A DNA stretch of 64,000 bases from Octopus vulgaris (lineage: Eukaryota), in assembly GCA_951406725.2 (NCBI GenBank), contig OX597824.1, forward strand, positions 87,234,001 through 87,298,000, read 5' to 3'. The notes below the pieces were generated by a model that did not search any database, was not told where the DNA came from, and saw nothing but the letters and a program-made list of their open reading frames with translations. This document shows positions 37,068 through 50,760 of this stretch, in pieces. A program made the translations under genes and the position numbers. Numbering within the stretch: position 1 is the first letter of the stretch; each line of letters opens with the position of its first letter.

Positions 37068-37819
37068 CCCTTAAGTATTGAAATCAGCGATATCTGGCTC
37101 AAATATTCTTCCTGTATTACATTTAAACCAGCCAGATCCAGCTTCTCACACATACCCTACAATGTTATTCTAAATAATAATAAACAATCGCATCATCATC
37201 ATCTCAAAGTTACATCATCATCATCGTTTTAAGTCCGCTTTCCATGCTACCATGGGCTGGGCGGCTTGACTGAGGGCTGCACCAGGCTCCAATCTTGATC
37301 TGGCAGAGTTTCTACAGCTGGATGCCCTTCCTAAAGCCAACCACTCCGAGAGTGTAGTGGGAGCTTTTATGTGCCACCAGCATGGGGGCCAGTCAGGTGG
37401 TACTGGCAATGACCTCGCTCGAATCTTTTTATACATGCCACCGACACAGGTGCCAGTAAGGCAACGCTAGTAACAATCATGCTCGAATGGTGCTTTTTAC
37501 ATGCCACCGGCACGGAAGCCAGTTAGCCGCTCTGGCAATGATCACACTTGGATGGTGCTCTTAAAACCCTCCTAGCATGGGGCACAAGTGCCAGTCAGGC
37601 GATGCTGGTAACGATCACACTCGAATGGTGCCTTTTATGTGCCACTGGTACAGAAGCTGGTTAGCTGCTCTATCAACGATCACACTTGTATGGTGCTCTT
37701 TGCACCCCGCTAGCACGGATGCCAGTCATCGAATTTGATTTCAATTACAATGTGATTAATTAAAAACAATGTGAATAAATAAGCATTACATTTGACTGGA
37801 TAATCTGAATGTTAAAGTG
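37068..37819 (-). mobile_element. TTAA MITE family B interrupted by an RTE-tailed SINE (37214-37745, minus)
   Basis: TTAA at both ends; halves match the reverse complement of 56876-57099. Confidence 0.7.
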
Positions 37820-38063
37820 TTAAAATATGTGCAGCCTTATTTAGGAAAACAATCAAAAATTTAAGAAAAAGATCAGAACAATACCAATTGTTTTAGTCAG
37901 TATGAGGAAGGGCATTCATTAGACAAAAAGGAAATATTCTTCATTCCTATCATACATACAGAGAAGCACGTGCCACACCTCTACACAGCATCCACATCTT
38001 GGTATTCTCATCTAACTCAGAACTGTAGCATGGAAACATAAAATGCAATATGGAAATATAAAT

Positions 38064-38455
38064 GTGGCTGTGTGGTAAGAAGTTTGCTTCCCAACCACAT
38101 GGTTCCGGGTTCAGTCCCACTGCCTGGTGCCTTGAGTAAGTGTCTGCTGGCTGCTATAGCCTCGGACTGACCAAAGCTTTGTGAGTGGATTTGGTAAATG
38201 GAAACTGAAAGAAGCCTGTCATATATATATATGTGTATGGGGGTGTCCCTGTGTCTGTGGCCCCCACCACCATTTGACAACTGGTGTTGGTGTGTTTACA
38301 TCCCTGTAACTTAGCAGTTTGGCAAAAGTAACCGATAGAATAAGGACCAGGCCTAAAAAAGAAATCACCCACTGGGGTCGGTTCATTTGATTGAAAATTC
38401 TTTTCAAGGCATGCCCCAGCATGGCCGCAGTCTAATGACTGAAACAAGTAAAAGA
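38064..38455 (+). mobile_element. SINE-A (older subfamily)
   Basis: Head and tail recognisable. Confidence 0.8.
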
Positions 38456-38763
38456 TTACAGTTGTTTTATGCTTAGGTTCAGCTTCCTGCCTCAACAGAT
38501 CTTTCATCATGAGCACACTAGCTCTGACTATCCTATCTTGCTTTTTATTTGTTTCTTTATTTTTCCCAACCTTTTTCTTTTCTATTTTTTAGGAGGAGGA
38601 GAGAAACTGTCAATGACCTTTTGCAAGCTCTCCTTGCACTCGCAAGACTGATGTCATCATGGTTCAACCTGAAAATCAGCAGGAAAGACGTGGGAGTGTA
38701 GAAGGCCTCAAGATCTGGTGGAAATGCTTACAACAAAATGATGCTGTTATTTAGCATCATTTC

Positions 38764-39220
38764 TTATTTCTTTACTGCCCACAAGGGGCTAAACACAGAG
38801 AGGACAAACAAGGACAGATAAAGGGGTTAAGTCGATTACATGGGACCCCAGTGCGTAACTGGTACTTAATTTATCGACCCCGAAAGGATGAAATGCAAAG
38901 TCAACCTCGGCAGAATTTGAACTCAGAACATAACGACAGATGAAATACCTATTTCTTTATTGCACACAAGGGGCTAAACATAGAGGGGACAAACAAGGAC
39001 AGACAAAGGGATTAAGTTGATTACATCGACCTCAGTGCGTAATTGGTACATAATTTATCGACCCCGAAAAGATGAAAGGCAAAGCCGACCTCGGCGGAAT
39101 TTGAACTCAGAACATAACGACAAACGAAATACCACTAAGCATTTCGCCCGGTGTGCTAACATTTCTTATTTCTTTACTGCTCACAAGGGGCTACACACAG
39201 AGGGGACAAACAAGGACAGA
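38764..39220 (-). mobile_element. SINE-B tandem array (about 2.5 units)
   Basis: TATTTCTTTA...GACAAACAAGGACAGA occurs three times. Confidence 0.85.
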
Positions 39221-40606
39221 CCATCTTACCCATACCAGCATAATATATAGATGTGTATGTGTGTGTGTGTTTGTGTCTGTCCCCATCCACCGCTTGTCAA
39301 CCAGTAGGAGTTTGTTTACATCCCCATAACTTGGCAGTTTGACAAAAGCGACTGATAAAATAAACACCACGCTTCAAAAAAAAAAGTACAGGGGTTGAAT
39401 TCATTTGACTAAAAGTTCTTTGAGGTGATGCCCCAGCATGGCCACAGTCTAATGACTGAAACAAGTAAAAGGTAAAAGATTAGTAAAATAACTTTGTCGG
39501 AAATTTTGGTGGAAGGGTTCAAGTTGGATCACTTTGAAATAGGAAGCTTGTGTCTTGGAACCAGGGGTGGGGGTCTCAAGTGGGTTGGTATCAAAGGGGT
39601 CAAGCTCTAGATCAGTTTTATAAGTTGTGCAATATCCTCAGGCCAGGCATACTGAGGCATATTCATATGCTTTGCCTTGGGCCTTCAATTCCTGATGGAA
39701 TCATAGTGGTACCGTTGTGACATTTGGCATGTCTTGGACATTTACACCTGGTAGAATCCATCATTCTCAAGGCCTGATCGCAGCTGATTTTTCAGAGAGA
39801 GACAGACAGACAGACAGACCAAGATGGAGAAAGGATGAAAGTAAAAAAGAGAGACAGATAGAGAAAGGATAAGAGTAAGAGAGAGAGAGACAAACAGAAA
39901 CAGACAGAGAAAGGTTGAGAATAAGAGACAGATAAAGGATGAGAGTAAGGAAGAGAAAGACAGAGAGACAGAGAAAGGATGAGAGTAAAAGAGAGAGAGA
40001 AAGAGAGAAAGGATGAGAGTAAGAGAGAGAGACAAACAGAGAGATAGAAAGAATAGATCCTAATATTAGTCTGGGACTTTATTTATCTACCTTAAGGGGA
40101 TAAACAGTAACACTGACTCCAATGGGATAAAAAGCCAGATTAAAATACCACAAACAGCAGTCCCCAATGTATGTGTGTGTGTGTGTGTGTGTCTTTGTAG
40201 TTAACCCCACCACTGCATGGCGATCAGTGTTGGTTTGTTTACATCCCCATAACTTAGCAGCTCAGCAAAAAGAGACTGATAAAATAAGTACCAGTTGTTA
40301 AACGAATATAAATACTGGGGTTCGATTTGTTCAACTAAGCCCTCCAAAGTGGTGCTACAGCATGGCCACAGTTCAAAGACTAAAAACAGGTAAAAAAATA
40401 AATAAATAAAAAAGAATAACACCTACTCAACAGTCATGTAATTAGTAGCAGAAAAATAAAATATAGTGTTAATTAATTAATTAATTAATTAATGCTCAAT
40501 TTATTGATACGCAAATAACCAATTTTACAAGAAAGCTTATCAGTACCATCATGCTAAACTGAAAAGACGGATACGAAACAAGTTGAAATAATTTAGTTTA
40601 TCAGTA

Positions 40607-41240
40607 CAGTAATACCTCAATTTCTGAGGACCCCCTATAAGAGACCCCAGGTTTATGAGTTTTATTTTTCAAGCACAAGATAGAAATTTTGAACGAAGTG
40701 CAAAAGTTTCTACTACCGTAAGACGTGCTTCTGTGTTACTGAGAAATTTATAGAAAGTGAAAAAAAAAAAAATAGGCATAGGAGTGGCTGTGTGGTAAGT
40801 AGTTTGCTTACCAACCACATGGTTCCGGGTTCAGTCCCACAATTTCAACCAATCAATGACGTCTATTGAGGTGAAAACATTCTGTGCTGTATGAATATGT
40901 CCCTCGTTTAAGAAACAGATTGGGTTTATTTACATTTGTGAAGAAAAAAAATATACCCTTCCCCCCACCCCTAACCCTAACCCTAAAACAGATTGAAACG
41001 CAATAGATCGATACTAGGGTCATAATTATGGGTGACAATTTCATATGACACCGCGAGAAAAAAACTGCCATTCAAACCGAAAAGATCCCAAATTTTATAG
41101 GTAAAATATTCTTCTGGGAACAAATTATGATTCATAACATTGCTACTATGGGAAATTCTTGCTTTGCTTTACTGAGTTTTCGTTTTATGAGGGGGGGGTG
41201 TCTTTGGGAATAAATTAACTTACATATCGAGATATTATTG
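40607..41240. mobile_element. TA-flanked Tc1/pogo-like MITE containing a SINE-A head (40774-40840) fused to a Merlin-like MITE half (40841-41088)
   Basis: TA-CAGTAATACCTC ... GAGATATTATTG-TA; internal pieces match other copies in the window. Confidence 0.6.
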
Positions 41241-41429
41241 TATATATTTTATCAGGTCTTTTTAACCAAGAATTAAATTCAGAACAATTGGATACAGAAC
41301 GAGAGATAACAGATGGCGCGGGGGGGGGGGGACATTTATCTAATCTAGGCTAGACTAGACTAGACTGCTATTGACTGTGTCACAAAATAACATTGTCTGT
41401 CTTATGGAAATGAAAATAATAGCAATGAC

Positions 41430-42062
41430 AAAATGATGATGATGAAGATACTAACGATGATGATGATGATGATTACAATTATGAAGATTATGATGATGAG
41501 GATAATGATGATGATGATGATAATGATGATGATGATGATGATTACAATTATGAAGATTATGATGATGAGGATGATGCCAATGATGATGCTGATGATGATG
41601 ATGATGAGGAGGAGGAGGAGGAGGAGGATGACGATGATGATGATGATGATGATGACTATGATGATGATGCAGATAATGGCAATGATGATGCTGGTGATGA
41701 CGATAATGATAATTATGATGAGACACTGATGACAACAATGAAGAGGATGATGACAATGATGATGATAATGATGATGATGATGAGGAGGAGGATGATGATG
41801 ATGATGAAGATAATGGCAATGATGATGCTGGTGATGAAGATAATGGTGATGACGATAATGATAATTATGATGATGAGACACTGACAATGATAATGATGAT
41901 GGTGATGATGATGATAATGATTAGTGATGATGATGTCAATGATAATGACAAAATGATGATGCTGAAAATTCTGACAATGACAATGGCGATGATGGTGATG
42001 AAAACAATGATGACGAAAATGCTGACAATGATGGTGATGATGATGATGATGACGATGATGAC
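41430..42062. repeat. Compound (ATG)n/(GAG)n trinucleotide tract with higher-order duplications
   Basis: Direct; poly-Met and poly-His ORFs are artefacts. Confidence 0.95.
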
Positions 42063-42810
42063 AAAAGAACAATTGGTCTAATGGAATCATTTGGGAGGCA
42101 AAACTTCTCATTTGAGTGCATCAGGAATAACTCCATTGTGTAAAGAAGATTATTAACAAAAAGAGAGGAGAGAGAGAGAGAGAGAGAAAGAGACATAGAA
42201 CGAAAGAGAGAGAGAGAAATCAAAAGAGAAGGCTTACTCTAAATGGAGCGGAGAGATAAGGTTGGTTAAAACACACTATTTTAGAATAAGGGGAATACAA
42301 AAAAAAAAAAAAAAAAAAAAAAACAAAAGCAAAGCTTTTGCTAAGATGATAGCATTTAGAGGAAATAATAGACTAGATAATAATAATATGTAGAGGAAGA
42401 AAATGAAGAAGAAAGACAAAAGAAAAAAGAAAAGGGAAAAGAATGAGGAGAAGGAAGAGGAAGGAATATAAAATCAAAGAGAGAGAGGAAAGAGAGGGGG
42501 AGGGAGAGAAAGGATAAAATCCGAGAAAAGACAGATATCACAAATATTTTTAAATTGAATTAAGGCAAGAAATATCAAATTCCAAAGACAAAAATGTATC
42601 TAGGAATAAGAAGGTGGAGACCTTATATATTGGTTTTGAATTTTGGCATAAGGCCGACTGCCACTTATTTTATCGACCCCAGAAGGATGGAAGGCAGAGT
42701 TGGCTTTGACAGCATTTGAACTCAGAGTGTGAAGTTGGAAGAAGTACTACCTTTTGTCTTTAGATTATACATTGCTGACACATGAAGCAATGGGGCAAAA
42801 AAACCCAGTA

Positions 42811-43044
42811 AACTTTAAATCAGTTGTTTGAGGTATATTCAACCTGCTGAAAGGTGTTTTCATTGTAGTTTGCTATGAAGAAAAATTTTCACTTAGGGTA
42901 AAAGGTGTAAGCACACCAAAGTCAGTTCAGAGTGCCACCTAACCTATTGCCTTAGGTGAAAATATTTCTCCATGGCAAATCGCAGTGAAAATACCATTTT
43001 ACGGATCAAATATGTTATTTACATATTTGAACTGATCTAAAGTT
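42811..43044. repeat. Old degenerate fold-back element
   Basis: AACTTTAAATCAGTT...TTTTCACTTAGGGTAAAAGGT mirrored by ACCTATTGCCTTAGGTGAAAA...AACTGATCTAAAGTT. Confidence 0.7.
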
Positions 43045-43191
43045 AGGTTATCTCTACCTTAATTTGTCTAATCCAAGACAGACCTAAGGGTTAGAAGTTT
43101 AATTGGGCAGACAAAATTATATGAGGATGAATAAGAACTACTGATGTGATCAATGAAACTGGATCAGAAGTTAATTGAGGAGTATCATCAC

Positions 43192-43605
43192 ACAGCTGAT
43201 CAACAACACTGATCTCCACTAAGTCTCGGCTCAAAGGGCTCTACTCATAATAGCTAATCAACTAACTCTTTGCTCAAGGAGCTCCACTCACAATAGAATC
43301 AAAAACATTCATTCAACTAAATCCCTGCTCAAGGAGCTCCACTCACTAAAGAACTGATCAACAACATTAATCTCAACTAAATCTTAGCTCAAGGAGCTGT
43401 GCTCACCTTGATCTCAACTAAACCTCTGTTCAATGAGCTCTACTCACAATAGAACTGATCAACAACATTAATCTCAACTAAATCTTAGCTCAAGGAGCTC
43501 TGCTCACCAAAGAACTGATCAACAACATTGATCTCAACTAAATCTTGGCTCAAGGAGCTCACAACAGCTGACCAACAACATTGTTCTCGAGTAACTTCCT
43601 GCTCA
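43192..43605. repeat. ~59-60-bp degenerate minisatellite, ~7 copies
   Basis: Recurring CTGATCAACAACATT.ATCTCAACTAAATCTT.GCTCAAGGAGCTC. Confidence 0.85.
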
Positions 43606-43981
43606 AATTCTGTGTAGTTCAAAGCCTAACAGTAAGATTTAGAAGAGAAAGACACTGAGATGTGTGGTGGCTGAGAATGGAGGAAGAAAAGATATCAGTG
43701 AAGCAAACTTATCAAGGATTTTCTATGCCAGGGACGAAGGGGGTCTTTTTAGCACCAAAAGTGAAATGAAAGTGCATAAAAGCCTTTGGTGTACATCTGT
43801 CTTCAGAAAAATAAATTGTTAATTTTACTAATCTAATTCACAAATATACAATTTATGCCTTGCTTTTGGCTTGATCTCAGTTGATTTCTGAGAGAGAAAA
43901 AGAAAGACAGACAGACAGTGGATAGGAATAAAAGATGGAGAAATAATAGATCCCAGTACTTGACTCAATTCCAGGCAGTGA

Positions 43982-44057
<76 letters not shown>

Positions 44058-44059
<2 letters not shown>

Positions 44060-44354
44060 CTGGAAGTAGAGGTAACTAGAATGTGGAATCTAAAAACAGA
44101 AACAATTCCTATCATAGTAGGTGCATTAGGCATGATAAAAAAATTTTCAGACAAATACATAACAAAAACACCAGGACTTACAAACACATATAACATACAG
44201 AAAATTGCACTACTGGACACTGCACACGTCCTATGCAAAACACTTTCAATACAGTAACCTTCAGAGCATCACAACAAATCACAGCACATACCCAAAGTAC
44301 ATAGAGCTGCACTTGGTAGTGAAGTGAAAGCACGCTATAAAAATAAAACTACTG
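44058..44354 (+). mobile_element. 5'-truncated R4/Dong-like retrotransposon (restriction-like endonuclease C-terminus and 3' UTR) in (AAT)n
   Basis: LEVEVTRMWNLKTETIPIIVGALG...IQKIALLDTAHVL; (AAT)n on both sides. Confidence 0.8.
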
Positions 44355-44399
44355 AATAATAATAATAATATCGAAAAATACCTTAAGAAATTTCCCCAA

Positions 44400-44445
44400 G
44401 ACACCTGATGAAGGCTGGAGGGTATATCAGCCGAAATGTTGTGTT
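44400..44445 (+). ncRNA. Minimal hammerhead motif (family H2)
   Basis: GACAC-CUGAUGA-A-GGCUG-GAGGGUAUAU-CAGCC-GAAA-UGUU-GUGUU; palindrome broken by a C>T change. Confidence 0.7.
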
Positions 44446-44956
44446 AACAATAAACAAGATGAAGACAAATATCCGTCAAATGTAAATAATGTAAATAAGA
44501 AAAGTTTCAACCCAGGTAACCTTAAAGACTGAAAGAGTAGTTATTACGGAGTTTGGACTTATTCAGACAAACAGCTGAGGAGGTGGGAACCTTGCACAGA
44601 GGATAAAGGAGAACAGCAAGTCAGAACTTTGTACTACATGCAGATAGAGCAACAAGTACAGATAATGCACAATGTATGTTGAGAAATTTTACTATCATAT
44701 CAAATGTGATAAGTGCCCTGACTCAATGTAATGAAACAGGATAACTGATCTGCATTTAAAAACAATTGTGTGGTTAAGAAGTTTGCTTCTCAACCATGTG
44801 ACATTGGGTTCAGTCCCACTGTATAATACCATGGGTAAATGTCTTCTATAGCCATAGCCAGAGCCAACCAAACCATTGGGAGTTGATTTGGTAGGTGGAA
44901 ACTAAAAGAAGCCCATTTATTTGAGACACATTTGTTCTTTTTTCTCCCTTTGTCTA

Positions 44957-44995
44957 TTTGTTCTGAAGAAGAGCATATGCTCAAAACGTAAAAAG
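44957..44995 (+). ncRNA. Decayed hammerhead motif (family H3, G12A)
   Basis: UU-CUGAAGA-A-GAGC-AUAU-GCUC-AAAA-CGUA-AA; downstream flank homologous to 63820-63865. Confidence 0.5.
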
Positions 44996-46107
44996 ACTTT
45001 TACTTCTATTTTTCCTGAGCGTAAACCTAATACACTGTTTGTATTTTTTAGCTCTTCTTTATATTTTCCTGTATTGTTGCTGTGTGTGAGTGTGTGTCTC
45101 CTTGTGTTAACATTGCATGATTTTTGTAAATTAATGTCACTCATTTCCAACCTTGCTTGGAAATAGGTATGGGTTGGTGGCAGGAAAGGCATCCAGCTTT
45201 ACAAAAGCTGCCTCAATAACTCCATCTGATCCACGGAAGCATGAAAAGGTAGACATTAAATAGATGGTGGTGGTGGTGGTGATGATGCTCAGTCTCAAAT
45301 CATCTCCGATCCTGCTATGACCATCACTTCTTGTTTTGGAAAATAACACATCCCAGACTCATATCATTTGGTGTATTGCAACCATGAAGGATCACTGACA
45401 TGTTACATCTGCAAAATTTTGGAGTAATTGTCTACAAGGCACCATTCTGCAGCAGATGCATTCATTTTTAGCTGAATGGGCTGGAGTAAAAAATGAAATG
45501 AAAAGCCTTGCCCAAGAACACAATACATCATCCAATCTGGGAATTGAACCCACAATTTTATAATTGCAACTTCTATAACCTAACCACTAAGCTACACACC
45601 TTCTCATATCCAGGTTACATTATTCAGTATCTCAAATTTTTTTAAAGACAGCAAGGAGATTTGGCTGTGGTTTCTAGCAGGTCAAGTGGTCACATAAATA
45701 CTCTCTCATTAACTCAGGCTTCCAAGTAAGGCTGCTCTGGTAATGGAATTATTAGAATTGCAGAAACACTAAACTTTAAAAGCAAGAAATGTGAGTTTTA
45801 ATTAAGACACAAAGCTTGGGAAACGAGGGAGGTTAAGTTATGGAATGGTAAATTCATAAACCAATTAAATAACTTTATTAACAACTACATAATTGGTAAA
45901 ACACATGTTGATTACTTGGCTGTGTAAACCATATACCAATTACTTGGTAAGCATGGCTGTTTGGTTAGAGGTTTACACCCCAACTACATGGTTCCAGGTT
46001 CAGTCCCACTGCAGGGCACCTTGGGCCAAGTGTCTGCTACTATAGCCTTGGTAGATGGAAACTGAAAGAAGCCCATTGTGTTTGTATACATGTGTTTATC
46101 TCCCAAT

Positions 46108-46370
46108 ATCATCATCATCATCCAGTGTTTTAAATCCGGATTTTGTCCCCGTTAACAGGGGTGGCTGGATCTACCTCACTGCCATAGCAACCGCCCTCAC
46201 ACCATCTCGCCCAGTTTTGGACGTCCTCCTTTTTCAAACCAACCCTCCCAATCTTCTCTTCCACCTGTCCTCTCCACCTTTTCCTCAGTCGACCTCGCTT
46301 TCACACTCCATTTAACTCAAACGCAATTACCCTCCTCAGAACATGCTGTTCATCCCTCCTCAAAACATGC
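46108..46370 (-). mobile_element. RTE LINE 3' end
   Basis: HVLRRDEQHVLRR...KRGRLRKRW...W with (GAT)n tail; second tail fragment at ~6352-6432. Confidence 0.8.
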
Positions 46371-46493
46371 CTATACCTATTTCTTTACTACCCACAAGGG
46401 GCTAAACTCAGAGGGGACAAACAAGGACAGATAAACGAATTGAATTTAGTAGACTAAAAGAAAATTGATTGAGACCCCCACCTCCACCACCAC

Positions 46494-46860
46494 CCGAGCG
46501 TGGTCGTTGCCAGAGCAGCCAACTGGCTTCCGTGACAGTGGCACATAAAAGGGTCCATTCAAGCATGATTATTACCAATGTTGCCTTACTGGCACCTGTG
46601 CTGGTGGCATGTGTAAAAGGATTCGAGTGAGGTCATTGCCAGTACCGCCTTACTGGCCCCCATGCCGGTGGCACGTAAAAAGCACCCACTACACTCTCGG
46701 AGTGGTTGGCGTTAGGAAGGACATCCAGCTGTAGAAACTCTGCAAGATCAAGATTGGAGCCTGGTGCAGCCATCTGGTTCGCCAGCCCTCAGTCAAAATC
46801 GTCCAACCCATGCTAGCATGGAAAGCAGACGTTAAACGATGATGATGATGATGATGATGA
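46494..46860 (+). mobile_element. RTE-tailed SINE-like element
   Basis: Matches family. Confidence 0.85.
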
Positions 46861-47426
46861 CCCCCTTCGGTCATGAATGACCGTGGGATTACACCTAGAA
46901 AGTTATCCTCCCAGGCACAAGTCCAGGCAAGGTTGTTTATGGAAGACCGTCTTCATATCACGTGATAGCTGTAAATGGGTGTCACTGTTCATACAAGCAG
47001 TGTCATCCATTCCCAAGCTTCCATGAAAATGTGTCGAGTCATGGGAAAATATTACCTCCCTTGGAAACAGGTGAGTGTTGCTGACAGGAAGAGCATTGAG
47101 CTGCAGAAAATCTGCCTCAACAAATTCCAAATGACCCAAGTGAAAGTGATAAAATGATGAGGAGGATAAAGAAGAAGGAAGATTCAAGAAGAATTAACAA
47201 AACATGAAAATATACAATGGATTCCTTTCTTTCATTTTTTTTTTCTTTTTACATATTTGGGGATGACAAATGAGAAAAGCAGTAGAAGGAAAAAGGAAAA
47301 ACTAAAGTATTTAAGATTGGGATGTGACTAAGGATAGGAAGTTGCTGAAAGGCAATCCTACAAGAAGTAACGAAGTCAAAGACCACTAATTAAGTGTAAG
47401 CAAGTAGTGGAAGTATAAACAAGGTA

Positions 47427-47469
47427 TTGTGTGTGTATGTGTATATGTATCTGTGTGTGTGTTTGTGTG

Positions 47470-47531
<62 letters not shown>

Positions 47532-47631
47532 CATATATCTACACCTATCTATCTATCTATATAGATAAAGATATATACATACATATACATACATATATAT
47601 ATATATATGGATATATCTTTATCTATCTATC

Positions 47632-47662
<31 letters not shown>

Positions 47663-47707
47663 GTATGTATATGTGTGTATATATGTATGTATATATCTAT
47701 CTATATA

Positions 47708-47759
<52 letters not shown>

Positions 47760-47795
47760 TATATATAATATGCATATTTATAATATATATATATC
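47427..47795. repeat. Compound TA/TG/CA microsatellite
   Basis: Direct. Confidence 0.95.
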
Positions 47796-49862
47796 ATTAT
47801 TTCAATATCCACTTTTCCATGCTTGCATAGGTTGGATGCAATTACCAACCCACACTTGTTTCGAAGCAAGGTAAATTCTTCCCCATGGCTAGACATGTTC
47901 CTGTAGAATATTCAGAATGAACGACACCATTTGCATGGCAGCAAGAATCATTTATAACTATTACATTATGACAAGCCCAAGAGACAGAAACATGTTCACA
48001 CACATACACACACACACATGATGGGCTTTCTTCAGTTTCCATCTACCAAATCCACTCCCAAGACCTGGTTTTGGTTGGCCTGGGGCTATAGTAGAAAACA
48101 CTTGTCCAAGATACCAGGCAATGGGATTGAACCTAGAGCCATGTAGTTGGGAAGTAGACTTCTTACAACACAGCCATGCCCACCCCTACATATACACACA
48201 TACATATACTGTATAAGATCTAAAATAAGGCACGATGAGTGAATAGTTGCCGGGGTGCATATAGAGCTTAATAGAAGCTGAATGTTGTCTTCAACAGAAC
48301 TAATAATCAAAGGTAATCCAGCCATGACCATCTCCTGAGACTAGTACGTAGTAATATTTAGCAAGATCAAACTCAAGTGATCTAATATGTCCTTTCCTTA
48401 AGACAGTAAGGTGTGTCCTAAGGAAGAGTTGGTTGCTATTTCTATCATGTTGAGCTACTATATAGAAGCTGTCTTGGTGATTCAACAAGCCTTGTGTTGC
48501 TGACTTAGGTGAATTAGAATACTTGCTACAAAGGCTAGTCTAAGAGGTACAAAATGAATAAGGAAAAAAGTCACGCAAGTATAGAAATTCATAAAATATT
48601 TCGAACTATGGTAATAACATGTATGAAAAAAAAAATTCTCTCAAGATAATGAATAATTAAAATAGTCTCTTACTATAAATAGCTCCCAGCACAATCATAT
48701 TTCACTATTGAATATGATATACACCAATGAAATCATTTATAATATTTTCTGCTAATCAATAATGGAAAGAAAATAAAATAAAAATTGTATTTATCAAATA
48801 ACCATTCTCTGTTGCTGAAAAACACTCGTACAAAAGCGTGTGTTCACTTTCAGTTTACAGCTAAACCTTCAGATTATAGACAACCCACCACCACGACCAC
48901 CACCATGTATCTTGCATTTCAAATTATTCGAACATGCATCTGTGTAAGTCTCAACAGAATTAGAGTAAAGAAAAATTCTGCTCTTTAAATTTTCTACCAG
49001 ACAGAAATAAATCTTTCATTGATAAAGACTCCGCCTTAATAAACATGCTCAAATATCTAAAAATATGGCAGGGACGTATCTTCTCTTCATCTCTTGTTAT
49101 AACAAACAAAAAAGAAAAAATGAAAAAAAAAGAGAAAAATCTCTGCTTATTTAATCTTTTAATCTCAATCCCAGTTGTACACTAACCATTCCTGCTGCAC
49201 CAAAACGTCGAAATCCCATCCTCATCTCACGTCTCAGTCAAACCCACCTCAATCAGTTCACATGCCCAATATTTCACCTATAGCAAAAGAACTGCTACTA
49301 TAGTGGATGGAACCCAACCTATCCCCCATTCAACCAACAGGAAATATGTCTAAAACCTCTACCCTACCGAAACACAAGTGGAACTGAAGACTTACAAATA
49401 AGCCTAATTCCATTTGAGGAATAGCTAGGTAGCAAGGAGTTAACTTTAACAGTAGCCAAACCCTAATTATGACTGATTGTGCTATTAAGAGAATCGTGAT
49501 GAGGAATAACTTTACACTATGTTAATTATTACATTACTGCAACATCTATTTAAGAATCAAAAGTGTTTGTAGATTAATGAATCATTAATCCTCGTAAGAT
49601 TTAAAAGAAAGAAAAAAATTTTAAAAAACGCTGAAACCTTCTAACGAATTTTATATACAGTAAAAGATTAAAAGAGAGTTTGGGAGAATCCAGATCTCTT
49701 TCTGTTCCTTTCCTCGCCTCTCCTTGAACTAATAGATGAATTATTTCACAATGAGATGATGGGAAGAAGCAGCATCTGGCAAAAATATGAGGGAGTGCCA
49801 ATGGGGTGCAATTAAACAATCATGTTAAGGGTATTAAAAGAAATTTCTTTTGTCATGAAACT

Positions 49863-50760
<898 letters not shown>

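Noticed and set aside
37360-37710. CRISPR-like look: conserved GTGC.TTTTA.GTGCCAC repeats with variable spacers
   Set aside because: Spacers are homologous to each other and to other SINE copies; eukaryotic context; no cas genes
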